Source: a virus
DNA: 64,000 nt
Reading direction: 5' to 3' (one strand)
Virus record (IMG/VR): IMGVR_UViG_3300037468_000262
Coordinates: 6,657 to 70,656 of that record
The notes below the pieces were generated by a model. That model ran no database searches, was not told where the DNA came from, and saw only the letters and a program-made list of their open reading frames with translations. The translations under genes and the position numbers were made by a program. Positions 1 through 9,028 of the stretch are shown piece after piece. The first letter of the stretch is position 1. Each line of letters opens with the position of its first letter.

Positions 1-70
1 AAAGATACATCAGCAATTAAAAATTCCTATTTTAAAGGAGAGGTTTCAGGTTCGAGTCCTGCCGGTCCCC
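1..70 (+). pseudogene. Degenerate or partial tRNA-like element (Lys, TTT-like anticodon arm plus T-arm)
   Basis: Anticodon-like stem TTCCT/AGGAG with loop ATTTTAA (24-40) and T-arm CAGG-TTCGAGT-CCTG (47-61). No recognisable D-arm, the acceptor 5' strand does not pair, and the element is cut by the window edge. Confidence 0.35.
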
Positions 71-84
71 TTTAAATTTTTCTT

Positions 85-429
85 ATGACTAACAGTACGA
101 CCCCGTTTCTCTTAACTCAAAACCACCTGAAACTGCTGAGGCGAATGTTCGTCGGGTGGAGCGACTGTGAATTCGGTGCTCCGGAGATAAACCCGAAAAG
201 ACCGTACGGGAACAGTTGGGTGCTTGGCGACATACACGAGATTCTGACTGGGGAAGACCCAGAGGAGCTGACCGAATCACAGGAAGAGGAGTATAGGCAG
301 CTTCACCGAGAAACTCAAACAGCCCTCCAGATTATTCTCTCAGTTGGTAAGTTTGAGGAAGGTTGGTATAAACTCACACGACCCTATTCTTCCACATGGG
401 TGCCGTGCAGCACTATACTAGAAAGCTGA
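85..429 (+). CDS. Hypothetical phage protein (114 aa)
   Basis: ORF with GAPEINPKRPYGNS motif resembling a conserved phage family. Confidence 0.65.
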   Translation: MTNSTTPFLLTQNHLKLLRRMFVGWSDCEFGAPEINPKRPYGNSWVLGDIHEILTGEDPEELTESQEEEYRQLHRETQTALQIILSVGKFEEGWYKLTRPYSSTWVPCSTILES

Positions 430-643
430 CAAAATGAACAGAGTCTCAATTGCTATGTTAATACTTTGTCCCGTTTTGTTTGGCAGCGAGGCTTTATGCA
501 AGACTCAAGTACAAAGAAATGCGTTCAGGGCCAAAATGAGCTACCCGCTCAGACCGATAAAGTGCAGCCAACGCTGCTCCCAATTATGGGAACGTGATTG
601 AGCCTTCTGTTACTACAGAAAGGTTCGGTCTTTGCTGCTCAAA

Positions 644-715
644 GGGCGGTAAACCGCCCTGAACCGTTCGGTTTTCACCCTTGGCCTTTGCCCGCAAAGG
701 CGCTATAGTATTAGT
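644..715 (+). promoter_or_regulatory. Repeated promoter cassette copy 1 (TTGGCC-17-TATAGT)
   Basis: GGGCGGTAAACCGCCC palindrome, AACCGTTCGGTT, -35 at 681, spacer hairpin GCCTTTG/CAAAGGC, -10 at 704, ATG at 716. Confidence 0.8.
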
Positions 716-886
716 ATGGAAATTTTCGCTGTTATGATCGAGCTCTACGGGTTCGTTAATCGCTTCGACTTTGATGATGCTCGCTTGCGGCTTTTCGTCC
801 ACGAAAAAGATGCGCAGGCGTACCGTGAAGAGCTTGTGGATGAAGGCTGGGATGGCGTTCTCATTGAACGTCGACCGGTCCTCTAA
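716..886 (+). CDS. Small hypothetical protein, 56 aa (MEIFAVMIELYGFVNRFDFDD...), not in ORF track
   Basis: Manual translation; ATG 6 nt after the -10 box; flanked by 31-bp direct repeats. Confidence 0.7.
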   Translation: MEIFAVMIELYGFVNRFDFDDARLRLFVHEKDAQAYREELVDEGWDGVLIERRPVL

Positions 887-907
887 GGGCGGTCTTTGCT
901 GCTCAAA

Positions 908-973
908 GGGCGGTAAACCGACCCGAACTGTTCGGTTCGCTCCCTTGTTTCTACCCAGCAGAAACGCTAAGAT
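908..973 (+). promoter_or_regulatory. Repeated promoter cassette copy 2 (TTGTTT-17-TAAGAT)
   Basis: Same architecture; spacer hairpin GTTTCT/AGAAAC. Confidence 0.8.
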
Positions 974-1011
974 ATATACAGTTCAAAGAAACCACTTCAC
1001 AAACAAACAAA

Positions 1012-1839
1012 ATGCCCGCATTTGCAGTCACAGACAACCTCAACTGGGAAGTTGAGCAGCGTCCCGTCTTCTTCCCTGATTCCCAGGGCAATCCCGTCCG
1101 CTTTGAAGACCGGGTCGCTATTGTCCGCAGCGACAACGAGTTCCCCCTGGGTATCGTGTCTGAGGATTACGAAACGGTTCAGAACAAAGACCTGCTCGGT
1201 CTCATTAACCCCATGGTTGAAGAAGGCCTGCTGACCATTGAAAACATGGGTTATCTAGCCCACGGCGCCAAAGTGTTTGCCCAAGCCAGGATTAACCAAG
1301 AATTTCGTGTGATCGGCGAAGATTACAGAGCTTTCATCACCCTGCTTAACGGTCACGTGGGTAATGCCTCTGTGGCTATCGGTCCGGTGGCCACCCGCGT
1401 TATTTGCGGTAATACTTTCTCCATGGCATATTCCAACATTGGGGAAAAGTTCCGCCACTCTCTGGGTGTGAACGAGCGCATTCTTGAGAGCACCGCAGTG
1501 CTTGACTTTGTGAATAGCGCCATGAAGAAGTACTCCGAAAACGTTGAAACCATCGCCTCGGCGACTTGCACTTCCGCTCAGTTCCGCACCTTCCTGGAAG
1601 CAACCTACAAGAAGGAAGCTGACAAGATGCGCAATGTGAACGTTCTCAACGACCTGTTCTACAACGGCGCTGGCAACGAAGGTCATACCTTCTACGACGC
1701 CATGAATGCGGTCACGGACTTCAGCTCTAACCGCAGCCGAAAGACTTCCTCTGGCCGCTTCGGCTACGCCAACTTCGGTCAAGGTGCCTCCATCAACCAA
1801 CGGGCGATGCGAGTGGCCCTGGAGATGGCTGCTGTCTGA
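1012..1839 (+). CDS. DUF932 family protein
   Basis: LNWEV..., VRSD...LGIVS..Y..VQN, LLNGH.G, RVICGNT and NAVTDF motifs. Confidence 0.85.
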   Translation: MPAFAVTDNLNWEVEQRPVFFPDSQGNPVRFEDRVAIVRSDNEFPLGIVSEDYETVQNKDLLGLINPMVEEGLLTIENMGYLAHGAKVFAQARINQEFRVIGEDYRAFITLLNGHVGNASVAIGPVATRVICGNTFSMAYSNIGEKFRHSLGVNERILESTAVLDFVNSAMKKYSENVETIASATCTSAQFRTFLEATYKKEADKMRNVNVLNDLFYNGAGNEGHTFYDAMNAVTDFSSNRSRKTSSGRFGYANFGQGASINQRAMRVALEMAAV

Positions 1840-1845
1840 ATTCCC

Positions 1846-1880
1846 TGGGGGTTGACTTTAGGGTTGGCCCCCTTAGTTTC
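1846..1880 (+). terminator. Putative intrinsic terminator
   Basis: GGGGGTTGAC...GTTGGCCCCC hairpin followed by TTAGTTT after the DUF932 stop. Confidence 0.5.
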
Positions 1881-1945
1881 AGTCTGGGTACGGAGATTAA
1901 AACATTTCTCCTTACTTCATTAGAAAAATCACCGTAAACCTTAAC

Positions 1946-2386
1946 ATGGATTGTTCTAGTCTTAATCAACAAATTCAAGAAACCGAGAGACAACTTGAAA
2001 TCCTGAAGCAAAGGCTACTCAATTACAAAATTATTGAAGGAGCCGGAGTAGGAGATGAAATTGAGGACGGGAGCATCGTCTTGGCCAAAGGAGAAAATCA
2101 CGCTATCGTCGTTTGCCCCAAAGAAAGAGAGTTTCAATCTAATTGGGATGGTATGAAGTGTAGGGCCGGACGAACATTCGACCCCGAATGGTTCATTCCG
2201 TCAAAAGATCTGCTGCTACTGGCACACAAACGGATTCCGCAATTTTTCGGTAAGCATCGCTATTGGAGTTCATCAGAGTTTAATTTTCTTGACGCTCATA
2301 TAGTGAATGTTAACGAAGGGTTTACAAACGTCTTCCCTAAAAACACTGTGTGCAATGTACGTCCTTTTAATGTCTTAACGTTCTAA
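1946..2386 (+). CDS. DUF1566-like (C-type lectin fold) protein
   Basis: WFIPS..., YWSSSE and C-terminal K....VR pattern. Confidence 0.55.
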   Translation: MDCSSLNQQIQETERQLEILKQRLLNYKIIEGAGVGDEIEDGSIVLAKGENHAIVVCPKEREFQSNWDGMKCRAGRTFDPEWFIPSKDLLLLAHKRIPQFFGKHRYWSSSEFNFLDAHIVNVNEGFTNVFPKNTVCNVRPFNVLTF

Positions 2387-2389
2387 ACT

Positions 2390-3001
2390 ATGGATATTGA
2401 AATACTAGAAAAGTTCTGTTCGTCTTGGAGAACAAACTTCGAGAAACCCTTCGTCTACGGGAGAAAAACTTATTCAACTGATGGACACATTCTCCTCCGC
2501 ATCGAGGAGGTACTAGAAGGTGTTGAAGAAAATCCCGGCTTCCCTTACGATGGGATCAAGGATAGCTTTGAAGGACCCTTCTTGAACCCTTATCCCTTGG
2601 TCAACTATCGCACCGAGGAGAAGACAAAGATTTGTCCCGAGTGCAATGGCAAAGGATTCGTGTCGACTTGCCCCGAATGTGAGGGAAGTGGCGAGGTAGA
2701 ATGGGACTCCGGATGGAACTACTACTCCGCTGAATGTCAATCTTGTGAAGGCACAGGGACCCTCTCTGATGGGAATTCGGGAGATGAATGTGATAACTGC
2801 GGCGGGAAAGGAGTGGTTGCAGTGAGCGAGAAAGTTCAGATTGGCAACTCAACTTTCAGCAATCTCCTGATCAACAAACTTCTGAACAATTTGCCAGAAG
2901 GTCTTGAGATCCTCCCGAGTACGGAGATACGAAAGCCAGCACTCCTGCGTTGGAACGGGGGAGACGGTCTGCTTATGCCCCTTTTCGAATACTCTTACTA
3001 A
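2390..3001 (+). CDS. Protein with DnaJ-type zinc finger repeats
   Basis: Four CxxCxGxG repeats; N-terminal STDGHILL motif. Confidence 0.7.
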   Translation: MDIEILEKFCSSWRTNFEKPFVYGRKTYSTDGHILLRIEEVLEGVEENPGFPYDGIKDSFEGPFLNPYPLVNYRTEEKTKICPECNGKGFVSTCPECEGSGEVEWDSGWNYYSAECQSCEGTGTLSDGNSGDECDNCGGKGVVAVSEKVQIGNSTFSNLLINKLLNNLPEGLEILPSTEIRKPALLRWNGGDGLLMPLFEYSY

Positions 3002-3025
3002 ACCCACATTATCCACAAACACAAA

Positions 3026-3473
3026 ATGACAACTACCACTCTTTCCTTGACTGAAACCACTCGCCTTAACCTCCAGAACCTGGACATTGTATCTGGTCTC
3101 CCCCCCACTGCCTCACATTCCTGAGAGCCTAGATATTCTGCTCACCCCTGAACAACAAGAGGCTAACCTCCTGCACGTTGCTCTATGGATTGTAGAGCGT
3201 GACCAAGAAAACTTCAGAATGAGAGATTGGCACAAAAGATGGGCTGAATTACTTTTCAATATAAGTATCCGTGGTGAACAAGCCCATACTAATTGCGGTA
3301 CAACTCACTGCATTGCAGGATTCTCTCAAGTAATGGCCGGAAAAAGGGGGTTTACGGAAAGCCCTTGGAAAGCCGGAACATTTTTGCTTGGGCAGGAAGC
3401 CCGCTGCCACTTTTGGGACAGTGATGAAGCGGGTATGGACTTTTTGAAAGAAGTTATTACCAGGAATTCTTAA
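3026..3473 (+). CDS. Hypothetical protein with apparent +1 frameshift at C7 run (3100-3106)
   Basis: ATG 3026 frame reads MTTTTLSLTETTRLNLQNLDIVSGL. Removing one C joins it to the 3087 frame (PPLPHIPE...CGTTHCIAG). Confidence 0.55.
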
Positions 3474-3608
3474 AATGACTGTAAACCTCCGCCCCCAGAC
3501 ATTCCTGCAATCCGTACGATTCATCGAGAGGGGTGGCACCGTTTTATTGCCGAATGACTTAACCAGGGTCACAAACGCAAACATCCGCTTTCTACTAAAG
3601 AATCAAAA

Positions 3609-3899
3609 ATGCAAATTACATACAAGGCCCCAACTGCCATTGAACGCACAGTCGAACTTGACGAGTCCGAGTTACCATCCTTATATGCTGCAATCCGAGA
3701 TTGCTTCTTACAACGTCTCAGAACCTTTGGATTGGCGGACCCGTACCTACCCTTCGAAGAGGCAGCGATTGAAGTCTGCCGCAAAGTGGGTGTGGACCCG
3801 GCTAACCGCTTCGATGTAGTTGCGTTTTTCGAGGGTTTCCTCATTTGTAATGGGCCAGAAAATTCGGAGCAGGATGGCAATGAACACTCAAATAACTAG
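3609..3899 (+). CDS. Hypothetical protein
   Basis: ORF with A-rich upstream region, tightly packed with neighbours. Confidence 0.6.
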   Translation: MQITYKAPTAIERTVELDESELPSLYAAIRDCFLQRLRTFGLADPYLPFEEAAIEVCRKVGVDPANRFDVVAFFEGFLICNGPENSEQDGNEHSNN

Positions 3900-4320
3900 C
3901 TTAAGGGTAATTGAGAAGGTCACGAAATCCACGGGCAAGTTCCCGGACATCCCCTACCTAATAGCCAATATAACTTGGCAAGTTCCCACCGATAGTTTTT
4001 ACTTCTCAAGGTTTCTCCGAGACTCAAAGGAAGTTGTGGAAGAACTGGCGATTGATAACCCTTCATCTTATGGTGATACTCGGGGGAACCCACCAAAGTA
4101 CACAAAGGTTTGGACACCTCACGACCCAAAGTGGGAGTACCTGGAGAAGTTCCAGACTTTTTGGATGAAAACATGGGTTTCCGATTGTCCTGTAGTTAGG
4201 TCTGTGTTAGATGAACTGAAGCACTTTGAGCAAGCTGGGGAGTTCTCATCTGTATACAGGTTCCACAAAGAGTCTACTCTCCATACCCATCTGTCTACTT
4301 TGGACTCTTTTACGGATTAA
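3874..4320 (+). CDS. Hypothetical protein
   Basis: ORF 3820..4320; likely start ATG 3874 or 3880 after GGAGCAGG. Confidence 0.6.
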   Translation: MAMNTQITSLRVIEKVTKSTGKFPDIPYLIANITWQVPTDSFYFSRFLRDSKEVVEELAIDNPSSYGDTRGNPPKYTKVWTPHDPKWEYLEKFQTFWMKTWVSDCPVVRSVLDELKHFEQAGEFSSVYRFHKESTLHTHLSTLDSFTD

Positions 4321-4346
4321 ACAGGGTAAAATCAGCTAGGTCAACT

Positions 4347-4637
4347 ATGGAAAACTTGGATAAGAACAACGAAAGTCCAGAATGTTGCCGCCGCAGTTTC
4401 GGAGCCTCTATTAAGGATACCGCTGCCAGATTGCTGGCTGACCCCACAATTGCTCCTCGCCAAGTTGCGAAAGACAGGTTAGCGATTTGCGAAAGTAACG
4501 TTTGCGGGGCATTTAACGAAAAGAGTTCAACTTGTGAGCAATGTGGGTGCTACCTGCCATTAAAAACGACGATGGCGAACATGAGATGCCCACGAGATTA
4601 TTGGACCGAATGGAAGAGGGAGAAAAGTGAAGATTGA
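4347..4637 (+). CDS. Cys-rich protein (RL.IC..C / C..CGC / CP..W)
   Basis: Cys pattern; GGGTAAAAT motif upstream. Confidence 0.6.
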   Translation: MENLDKNNESPECCRRSFGASIKDTAARLLADPTIAPRQVAKDRLAICESNVCGAFNEKSSTCEQCGCYLPLKTTMANMRCPRDYWTEWKREKSED

Positions 4638-4914
4638 GCGACTGATTTACAAGGTTTGGCCTCCTGAGTTCGTAAAAGACTTCTTACAAGTAGACAACGA
4701 AGTGAGAACACCCTGGTTGCAAAGGCAACCTGGTTTCCTGAACAAAACTTCCGAGTTCAAGTCAAATGGTGAAGTTTCTATATTGATTTTCTGGAAAAGT
4801 GATTCAGACTGGTTCGAAGCTAAGAACAAAGTTCTCGAGTTGAAAAACGTAGAGCGTTTACTGAAACAACGCTCTCCGGGTTCTTTTAGACTCATAAGTT
4901 CACTTTCTATCTGA
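4627..4914 (+). CDS. TIGR03792-like cyanobacterial protein (ABM-like fold)
   Basis: IE.L..KV...F...D.E...PWLQRQPGFL.K motif. Confidence 0.65.
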   Translation: MKIERLIYKVWPPEFVKDFLQVDNEVRTPWLQRQPGFLNKTSEFKSNGEVSILIFWKSDSDWFEAKNKVLELKNVERLLKQRSPGSFRLISSLSI

Positions 4915-4959
4915 CCTTGAGTTTACTTAGTTTCGGCCTACGCTAAGCTAAATGTGAAT

Positions 4960-5031
4960 GCCCTGGTAGCTCAGTGGAAGAGCAGCGACCTTCTAAGTCG
5001 TCGGTCGGGGGTTCAAATCCCTCTCAGGGTG
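4960..5031 (+). tRNA. tRNA-Arg(TCT)
   Basis: Full cloverleaf: GCCCTGG/TCAGGGT acceptor, GCGAC-CTTCTAA-GTCGT anticodon arm, GGTTCAAATCC T-loop. Confidence 0.93.
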
Positions 5032-5071
5032 TCGGTTGCCTTGGCAACCTTATCAAACAACAGCATAACAA

Positions 5072-5224
5072 ATGGCAAACCTTTCACTGACGGCAAGAGC
5101 TGCGAGGATCTCCACCAAGAGTCCTTCCGGCGCTACCCTCCTTTTAAAGCTTAGCGAAGCCAAATCAAACTCCGAGATTCAAAGAGCCTTGGAAGAATAC
5201 GACCAGGTTTCAGCTTCAACCTGA
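5072..5224 (+). CDS. Small hypothetical protein, 50 aa (MANLSLTARAARISTK...), not in ORF track
   Basis: Manual translation; lies between two tRNAs; A/C-rich leader. Confidence 0.6.
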   Translation: MANLSLTARAARISTKSPSGATLLLKLSEAKSNSEIQRALEEYDQVSAST

Positions 5225-5272
5225 TAAACTCTAGGGTTGCCGATATCAAAGCAACCCTGACATTTAATTTTT

Positions 5273-5362
5273 GGGCGTGTGGTGTAAGGTAGCACAGGGT
5301 CCCTTATACAGACCTCTCCGGCAGATTACCGGCTAGTTAGGGTTCGATTCCCTACGCGCCTA
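5273..5362 (+). tRNA. tRNA-Ile(TAT) with long variable arm
   Basis: GGGCGTG/CGCGCCT acceptor, loop CTTATAC (anticodon 5305-5307), variable stem CCGG...CCGG, GGTTCGATTCC T-loop. Confidence 0.8.
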
Positions 5363-5453
5363 TTTTATATTGGGTAATAATGACCAGGGTTTAGGCCCTT
5401 CTCACTAACACCCTATTACCACTCTAAAAATAACAACAATTAAAACATAAAAA

Positions 5454-6812
5454 ATGGCAAACACCAAGCTAATTAAAGAACTAACTAATAAGTGGTCTCA
5501 GCCTGAAGGTATGCCAGGCAAAGGATACGAACTGGTGAGAGAGGAAAAAGGTCTCAGCCCTTGTGCCCAAAGTGAAGCGATTATGCTTTCCAAAGGCATA
5601 GGGGTTATGGACTTTCAGGCTCTTTGGATAGGGGGTCCGCAAAATGAAAAAAGTTTGAATTTCGGTGAGAAAACAAATCTTGATAAAATTACAGCTAAAG
5701 CCCTAGGAATAAGTGTAGTTCACTCTGTACTTTTACGGAGGTTTAATGATCTTTCAAGCCAAAGTCCGGCCATCGTACTCAACGAACCTGAGAAGGTCTT
5801 GGGCAGGAATTGGGATAAGGTCTTAGAATTTTGGCACTTTATTGACTCCCTTACTCAGGGGCAATGGAAAGAATTGCAGAAGGAACTGACTATCAATAAT
5901 GTAACAAAAGAATACGAATCGAAGAAGAGAGACTTAAAGCTTCTAACTGAAACACTAGATGTTATTATTCCGGACTTGTACTATACGATGGATTCTTCAA
6001 AGCCCTTAGACCCTGCCCTCATAGAGAGACAAACTGAAGAGGGGGTAGCTGAGATAGTCCCTGAGTTTAAAGTTTCCTACTCTAGCAACCAACATGCACC
6101 CCGTATCCTGCCTAAATCAACCAGAAATGTAATAGTGGTAGGTGACTATTCCCGTGCGTATTTCGGTTGGATTGCCGCTTCTGATTATGCTCGTTCCGAC
6201 ATTTTCCCAGTCGGACTCAGCTCAAGGGCACTGCAAGTCTTACTCGCTTGTGCAACGAACGAGATCCAAACCTTAAAGAAAGGTCAAAGTTATGAAGACC
6301 TTTACTTTTGTAAAATCATCGGTTACAATCCCACCAAAGGTAACACTCTTAGAAAAGTCAAGCGAAAAGCCCAAGAATACAAACAGTCTTTGTTGTACAA
6401 TCTAACCAGGTTATACCGCATTACGGATAATCTCATTTTCAGCAATTTGTCCAAAGACACCAATGTTAAGCAAGCTCCAACGAAAGAGATGGTTGAGGGT
6501 GTCTTGGACTTGACTGTAGATGACATAGTTAACGAACTGGCTTGGAAAAAGATTCGGGAAACATACGAAGTTGGTAAAGGGAGATTTTTCGGAACTTTAC
6601 GGATTCGAGTGCCTAAACTGGGACCTGACACAGAAGCAGATAAAAAGTTCTACGAACTGGTGAATGCCCTAAAGCAGGATTATTATGTACAGCCTTTGTC
6701 ATTTTGCGATGTGGACGATTCATCCTCAAAAGAAGGGGCTGAATGGGCCGTTACTTCCAAGAAAGAGAAGTCTAAGCCAAGATTCAACGCACCAACTGGT
6801 TACAAATCCTAA
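5454..6812 (+). CDS. Hypothetical protein (452 aa)
   Basis: Long ORF; no catalytic motif recognised. Confidence 0.75.
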   Translation: MANTKLIKELTNKWSQPEGMPGKGYELVREEKGLSPCAQSEAIMLSKGIGVMDFQALWIGGPQNEKSLNFGEKTNLDKITAKALGISVVHSVLLRRFNDLSSQSPAIVLNEPEKVLGRNWDKVLEFWHFIDSLTQGQWKELQKELTINNVTKEYESKKRDLKLLTETLDVIIPDLYYTMDSSKPLDPALIERQTEEGVAEIVPEFKVSYSSNQHAPRILPKSTRNVIVVGDYSRAYFGWIAASDYARSDIFPVGLSSRALQVLLACATNEIQTLKKGQSYEDLYFCKIIGYNPTKGNTLRKVKRKAQEYKQSLLYNLTRLYRITDNLIFSNLSKDTNVKQAPTKEMVEGVLDLTVDDIVNELAWKKIRETYEVGKGRFFGTLRIRVPKLGPDTEADKKFYELVNALKQDYYVQPLSFCDVDDSSSKEGAEWAVTSKKEKSKPRFNAPTGYKS

Positions 6813-6816
6813 GACA

Positions 6817-7125
6817 ATGTCACTAATCTCCAAGCAAGATAAAGAACTAGCCATCGAAGCTCTTGACTTTTACGCATCAGAGTTAATTTTAGAGAGAGAA
6901 TTTCTCACCTCAGAGGCAGATTCTGACCTTGGGTACGTCTCTGCAGGTTATGATTCTGATAAAAACGACATTTTTCTAGATAGGAGGGTTATATCAATAT
7001 TTGAGGTTGGCATTCATCACGAAAGCTCAGATGCTCGTACAGTCTTGTCTAACAAGATTCGAAGCGTTCAAACCTTGAGAAACTGGATCGCATTGGACCT
7101 TGCCAAGTCTAATTTGAAAGGTTAA
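6817..7125 (+). CDS. Hypothetical protein (MSLISKQDKELAIEALDFY...)
   Basis: Likely start ATG 6817 just after the upstream stop. Confidence 0.6.
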   Translation: MSLISKQDKELAIEALDFYASELILEREFLTSEADSDLGYVSAGYDSDKNDIFLDRRVISIFEVGIHHESSDARTVLSNKIRSVQTLRNWIALDLAKSNLKG

Positions 7126-7171
7126 TGCACTAAGGGTAAAATCGAGGGTAGGTCTACCCCTCCCTTCAGCC

Positions 7172-8062
7172 GTGAAACTCGAAGCTGTTATTGTTTGCGT
7201 CAACTACTCTGACTTTTTGGCTCATACCCTACCAAGCACTCGAAATCAGTTTAATAAGTTTGTAGTCGTTACCGATACTAAGGATAACGATACTAAGAAG
7301 CTATGCGAATACTACAACGTAGAATGTGTTCAGACAGACGTATTCTATGAAGGTAGAGACGCATTCAATAAAGGCAAAGGAATCAATGCCGGTTTAGAAC
7401 GATTGGACCTTGACGGCTGGGTCATTCACTTAGATTCAGATATTTACTTACCGCCTCAAACACGGTCAATTCTGGAGAATTTGCCCCTAGAGAATGGGAA
7501 AATCTACGGGGCTGACCGTCTAATGTGCCCTGGCTACGAAGAGTGGTTGAGATTTCTAGATAAACCCTCCCCTATCCAAGACTCTTGGATTTTTATCCAC
7601 CCGACTAGGTTCCCAGTCGGAGTCCGAATAGCAGAATACAAATCTTGGCACGGAGGTTATGAGCCCATTGGTTACTTCCAGTTATGGAATCCAAACGGAT
7701 CAGAAATTTACAGTTACCCAGATAAGCATGGATTTGCCGACCGCACAGATGTTCTGCACTGCAAAAAGTGGCCCCGAGAAAAAAGGGAATTGCTTCCTGA
7801 AATTCTCGTTATTCACTTAGAAAGCGAAGCCGGAATCGGCCTAAACTGGAAGGGCAGAAAGACCCCTATGTTCGGTCCCAAGGTTTCCTTACCTGTCTTA
7901 TCTTGGTTGGACAAATTATTCTTATTCCTGGATAAATTAAGTAAGTGTGGTTACAAGGCTAACCTTAAAGCTTCAGGGAAATCAAAGAAAGGGAAACCAA
8001 GTGAGTTGAAACGGGGGGGTCCATTAGATAAATCATTGGAAGAGTGGCTGAGCGGCCGATAG
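7172..8062 (+). CDS. GT-A fold (family 2-like) glycosyltransferase
   Basis: N-terminal beta strand, FNKGKGINAG, DxD-like LDSDI; 3' end overlaps tRNA-Ser. Confidence 0.75.
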   Translation: MKLEAVIVCVNYSDFLAHTLPSTRNQFNKFVVVTDTKDNDTKKLCEYYNVECVQTDVFYEGRDAFNKGKGINAGLERLDLDGWVIHLDSDIYLPPQTRSILENLPLENGKIYGADRLMCPGYEEWLRFLDKPSPIQDSWIFIHPTRFPVGVRIAEYKSWHGGYEPIGYFQLWNPNGSEIYSYPDKHGFADRTDVLHCKKWPREKRELLPEILVIHLESEAGIGLNWKGRKTPMFGPKVSLPVLSWLDKLFLFLDKLSKCGYKANLKASGKSKKGKPSELKRGGPLDKSLEEWLSGR

Positions 8063-8122
8063 CAGCAGTTTCGAAAACTGCCGAGGGTGAAACCTCCGGG
8101 GGTTCGAATCCCTCTTCTTCCT
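8038..8122 (+). tRNA. tRNA-Ser(CGA)
   Basis: GGAAGAG/TTCTTCC acceptor, GCAGT-TTCGAAA-ACTGC anticodon arm, long variable arm, GGTTCGAATCC. Confidence 0.9.
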
Positions 8123-8191
8123 TTACGGTTTCCCCGAGGAATAATAATAAGTTCAGCGGTGCTGAAGAAACCGTCTTATACAAAATTTAAC

Positions 8192-8434
8192 ATGACAATT
8201 GAAAACAAAACAGAATTTGTGAACGAAGTAATTTCACGAGTGCTTAGCAATGCCCCTGTGAGCGAAGTTATGAGAGTTTATTCTCTATCAGTACAGGCAG
8301 CAATCGAAGAACTAGACGACGAAGGATTCCTTCAAGCAGTTCTTAACGCTGGGTTTACAGACCTGATTGAAAAGTATGTCGAACCCGAAGACTTCTTCGA
8401 AGAAGAAGATCTCGAGCTTGCAGAGGTAGTCTAA
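8192..8434 (+). CDS. Acidic hypothetical protein (MTIENKTEF...)
   Basis: Start moved to ATG 8192, downstream of the tRNA. Confidence 0.65.
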   Translation: MTIENKTEFVNEVISRVLSNAPVSEVMRVYSLSVQAAIEELDDEGFLQAVLNAGFTDLIEKYVEPEDFFEEEDLELAEVV

Positions 8435-8439
8435 AGAGA

Positions 8440-8502
8440 CGGTTAACCGAACGGAAGCCGACGGCTTCCACCCTTGTTTTCGCTGAGCGAAACCGCTATA
8501 GT
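8440..8502 (+). promoter_or_regulatory. Repeated promoter cassette copy 3 (TTGTTT-17-TATAGT)
   Basis: CGGTTAACCG, GGAAGCCGACGGCTTCC, spacer hairpin TTTCGCT/AGCGAAA. Confidence 0.85.
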
Positions 8503-8530
8503 AGGTTCATAAACGAGCCTACTTTTTCGT

Positions 8531-9028
8531 ATGAAGAGAGCCATACTGGTCGAAGGAAGGGTCTCTCTACCAGAGGACACTCTTCACCGATTGTTTAAAA
8601 TTGCGAACGAAATTGTTGTTCCTTCCAGTTGGACCCTCGGTGAAGTAGGTGCTAGAGCCCAACCCACTTGGCTTCTACCTCAAATGGAAGAAGCTTTGGT
8701 GAGGTTAAACTCACAAGGATCTCGTAAGTTTAGATTCCTTGATAAGGATTCCCCTGTCATGAGAGAAATCTCCGCAATTGCTTATGGGAAAGGTTCCGTA
8801 CCTACACACACTGACCACATCTCTGGGTTGTCCCTGCTGACTTTCCTCGGTGGATCCCTTGAAGACAGCGACGGAGCCCACCTTGTGGCAGAAGGAGAGT
8901 TTTATGCTGGAGGGCAAATGGTAACACTCAAGGCCGGAGAGTCGATTGTTTTCGACGACAGTGAACCTCACTCTTGGATGCACAACGGTTACTGGTTTTT
9001 CGCTGTTAATGCCCTTGAGAAAGTTTAG
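8531..9028 (+). CDS. Small 2OG-Fe(II)/cupin-type dioxygenase-like protein
   Basis: HxD (PTHTD) plus distal His (FDDSEPHSW). Confidence 0.55.
   Translation: MKRAILVEGRVSLPEDTLHRLFKIANEIVVPSSWTLGEVGARAQPTWLLPQMEEALVRLNSQGSRKFRFLDKDSPVMREISAIAYGKGSVPTHTDHISGLSLLTFLGGSLEDSDGAHLVAEGEFYAGGQMVTLKAGESIVFDDSEPHSWMHNGYWFFAVNALEKV

Noticed and set aside
771-1055. 94-aa ORF; likewise 14220..14594 and the start at 50565
   Set aside because: They run through promoter cassettes; leaderless ORFs at 716, 14255 and 50616 fit better
1946-2386. DUF1566/CLec protein as a diversity-generating retroelement target
   Set aside because: No reverse transcriptase or template repeat seen in the window
4954-5154. 66-aa ORF, and the N-terminus of ORF 8087
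   Set aside because: They overlap tRNA genes; better starts are at 5072 (different frame) and 8192
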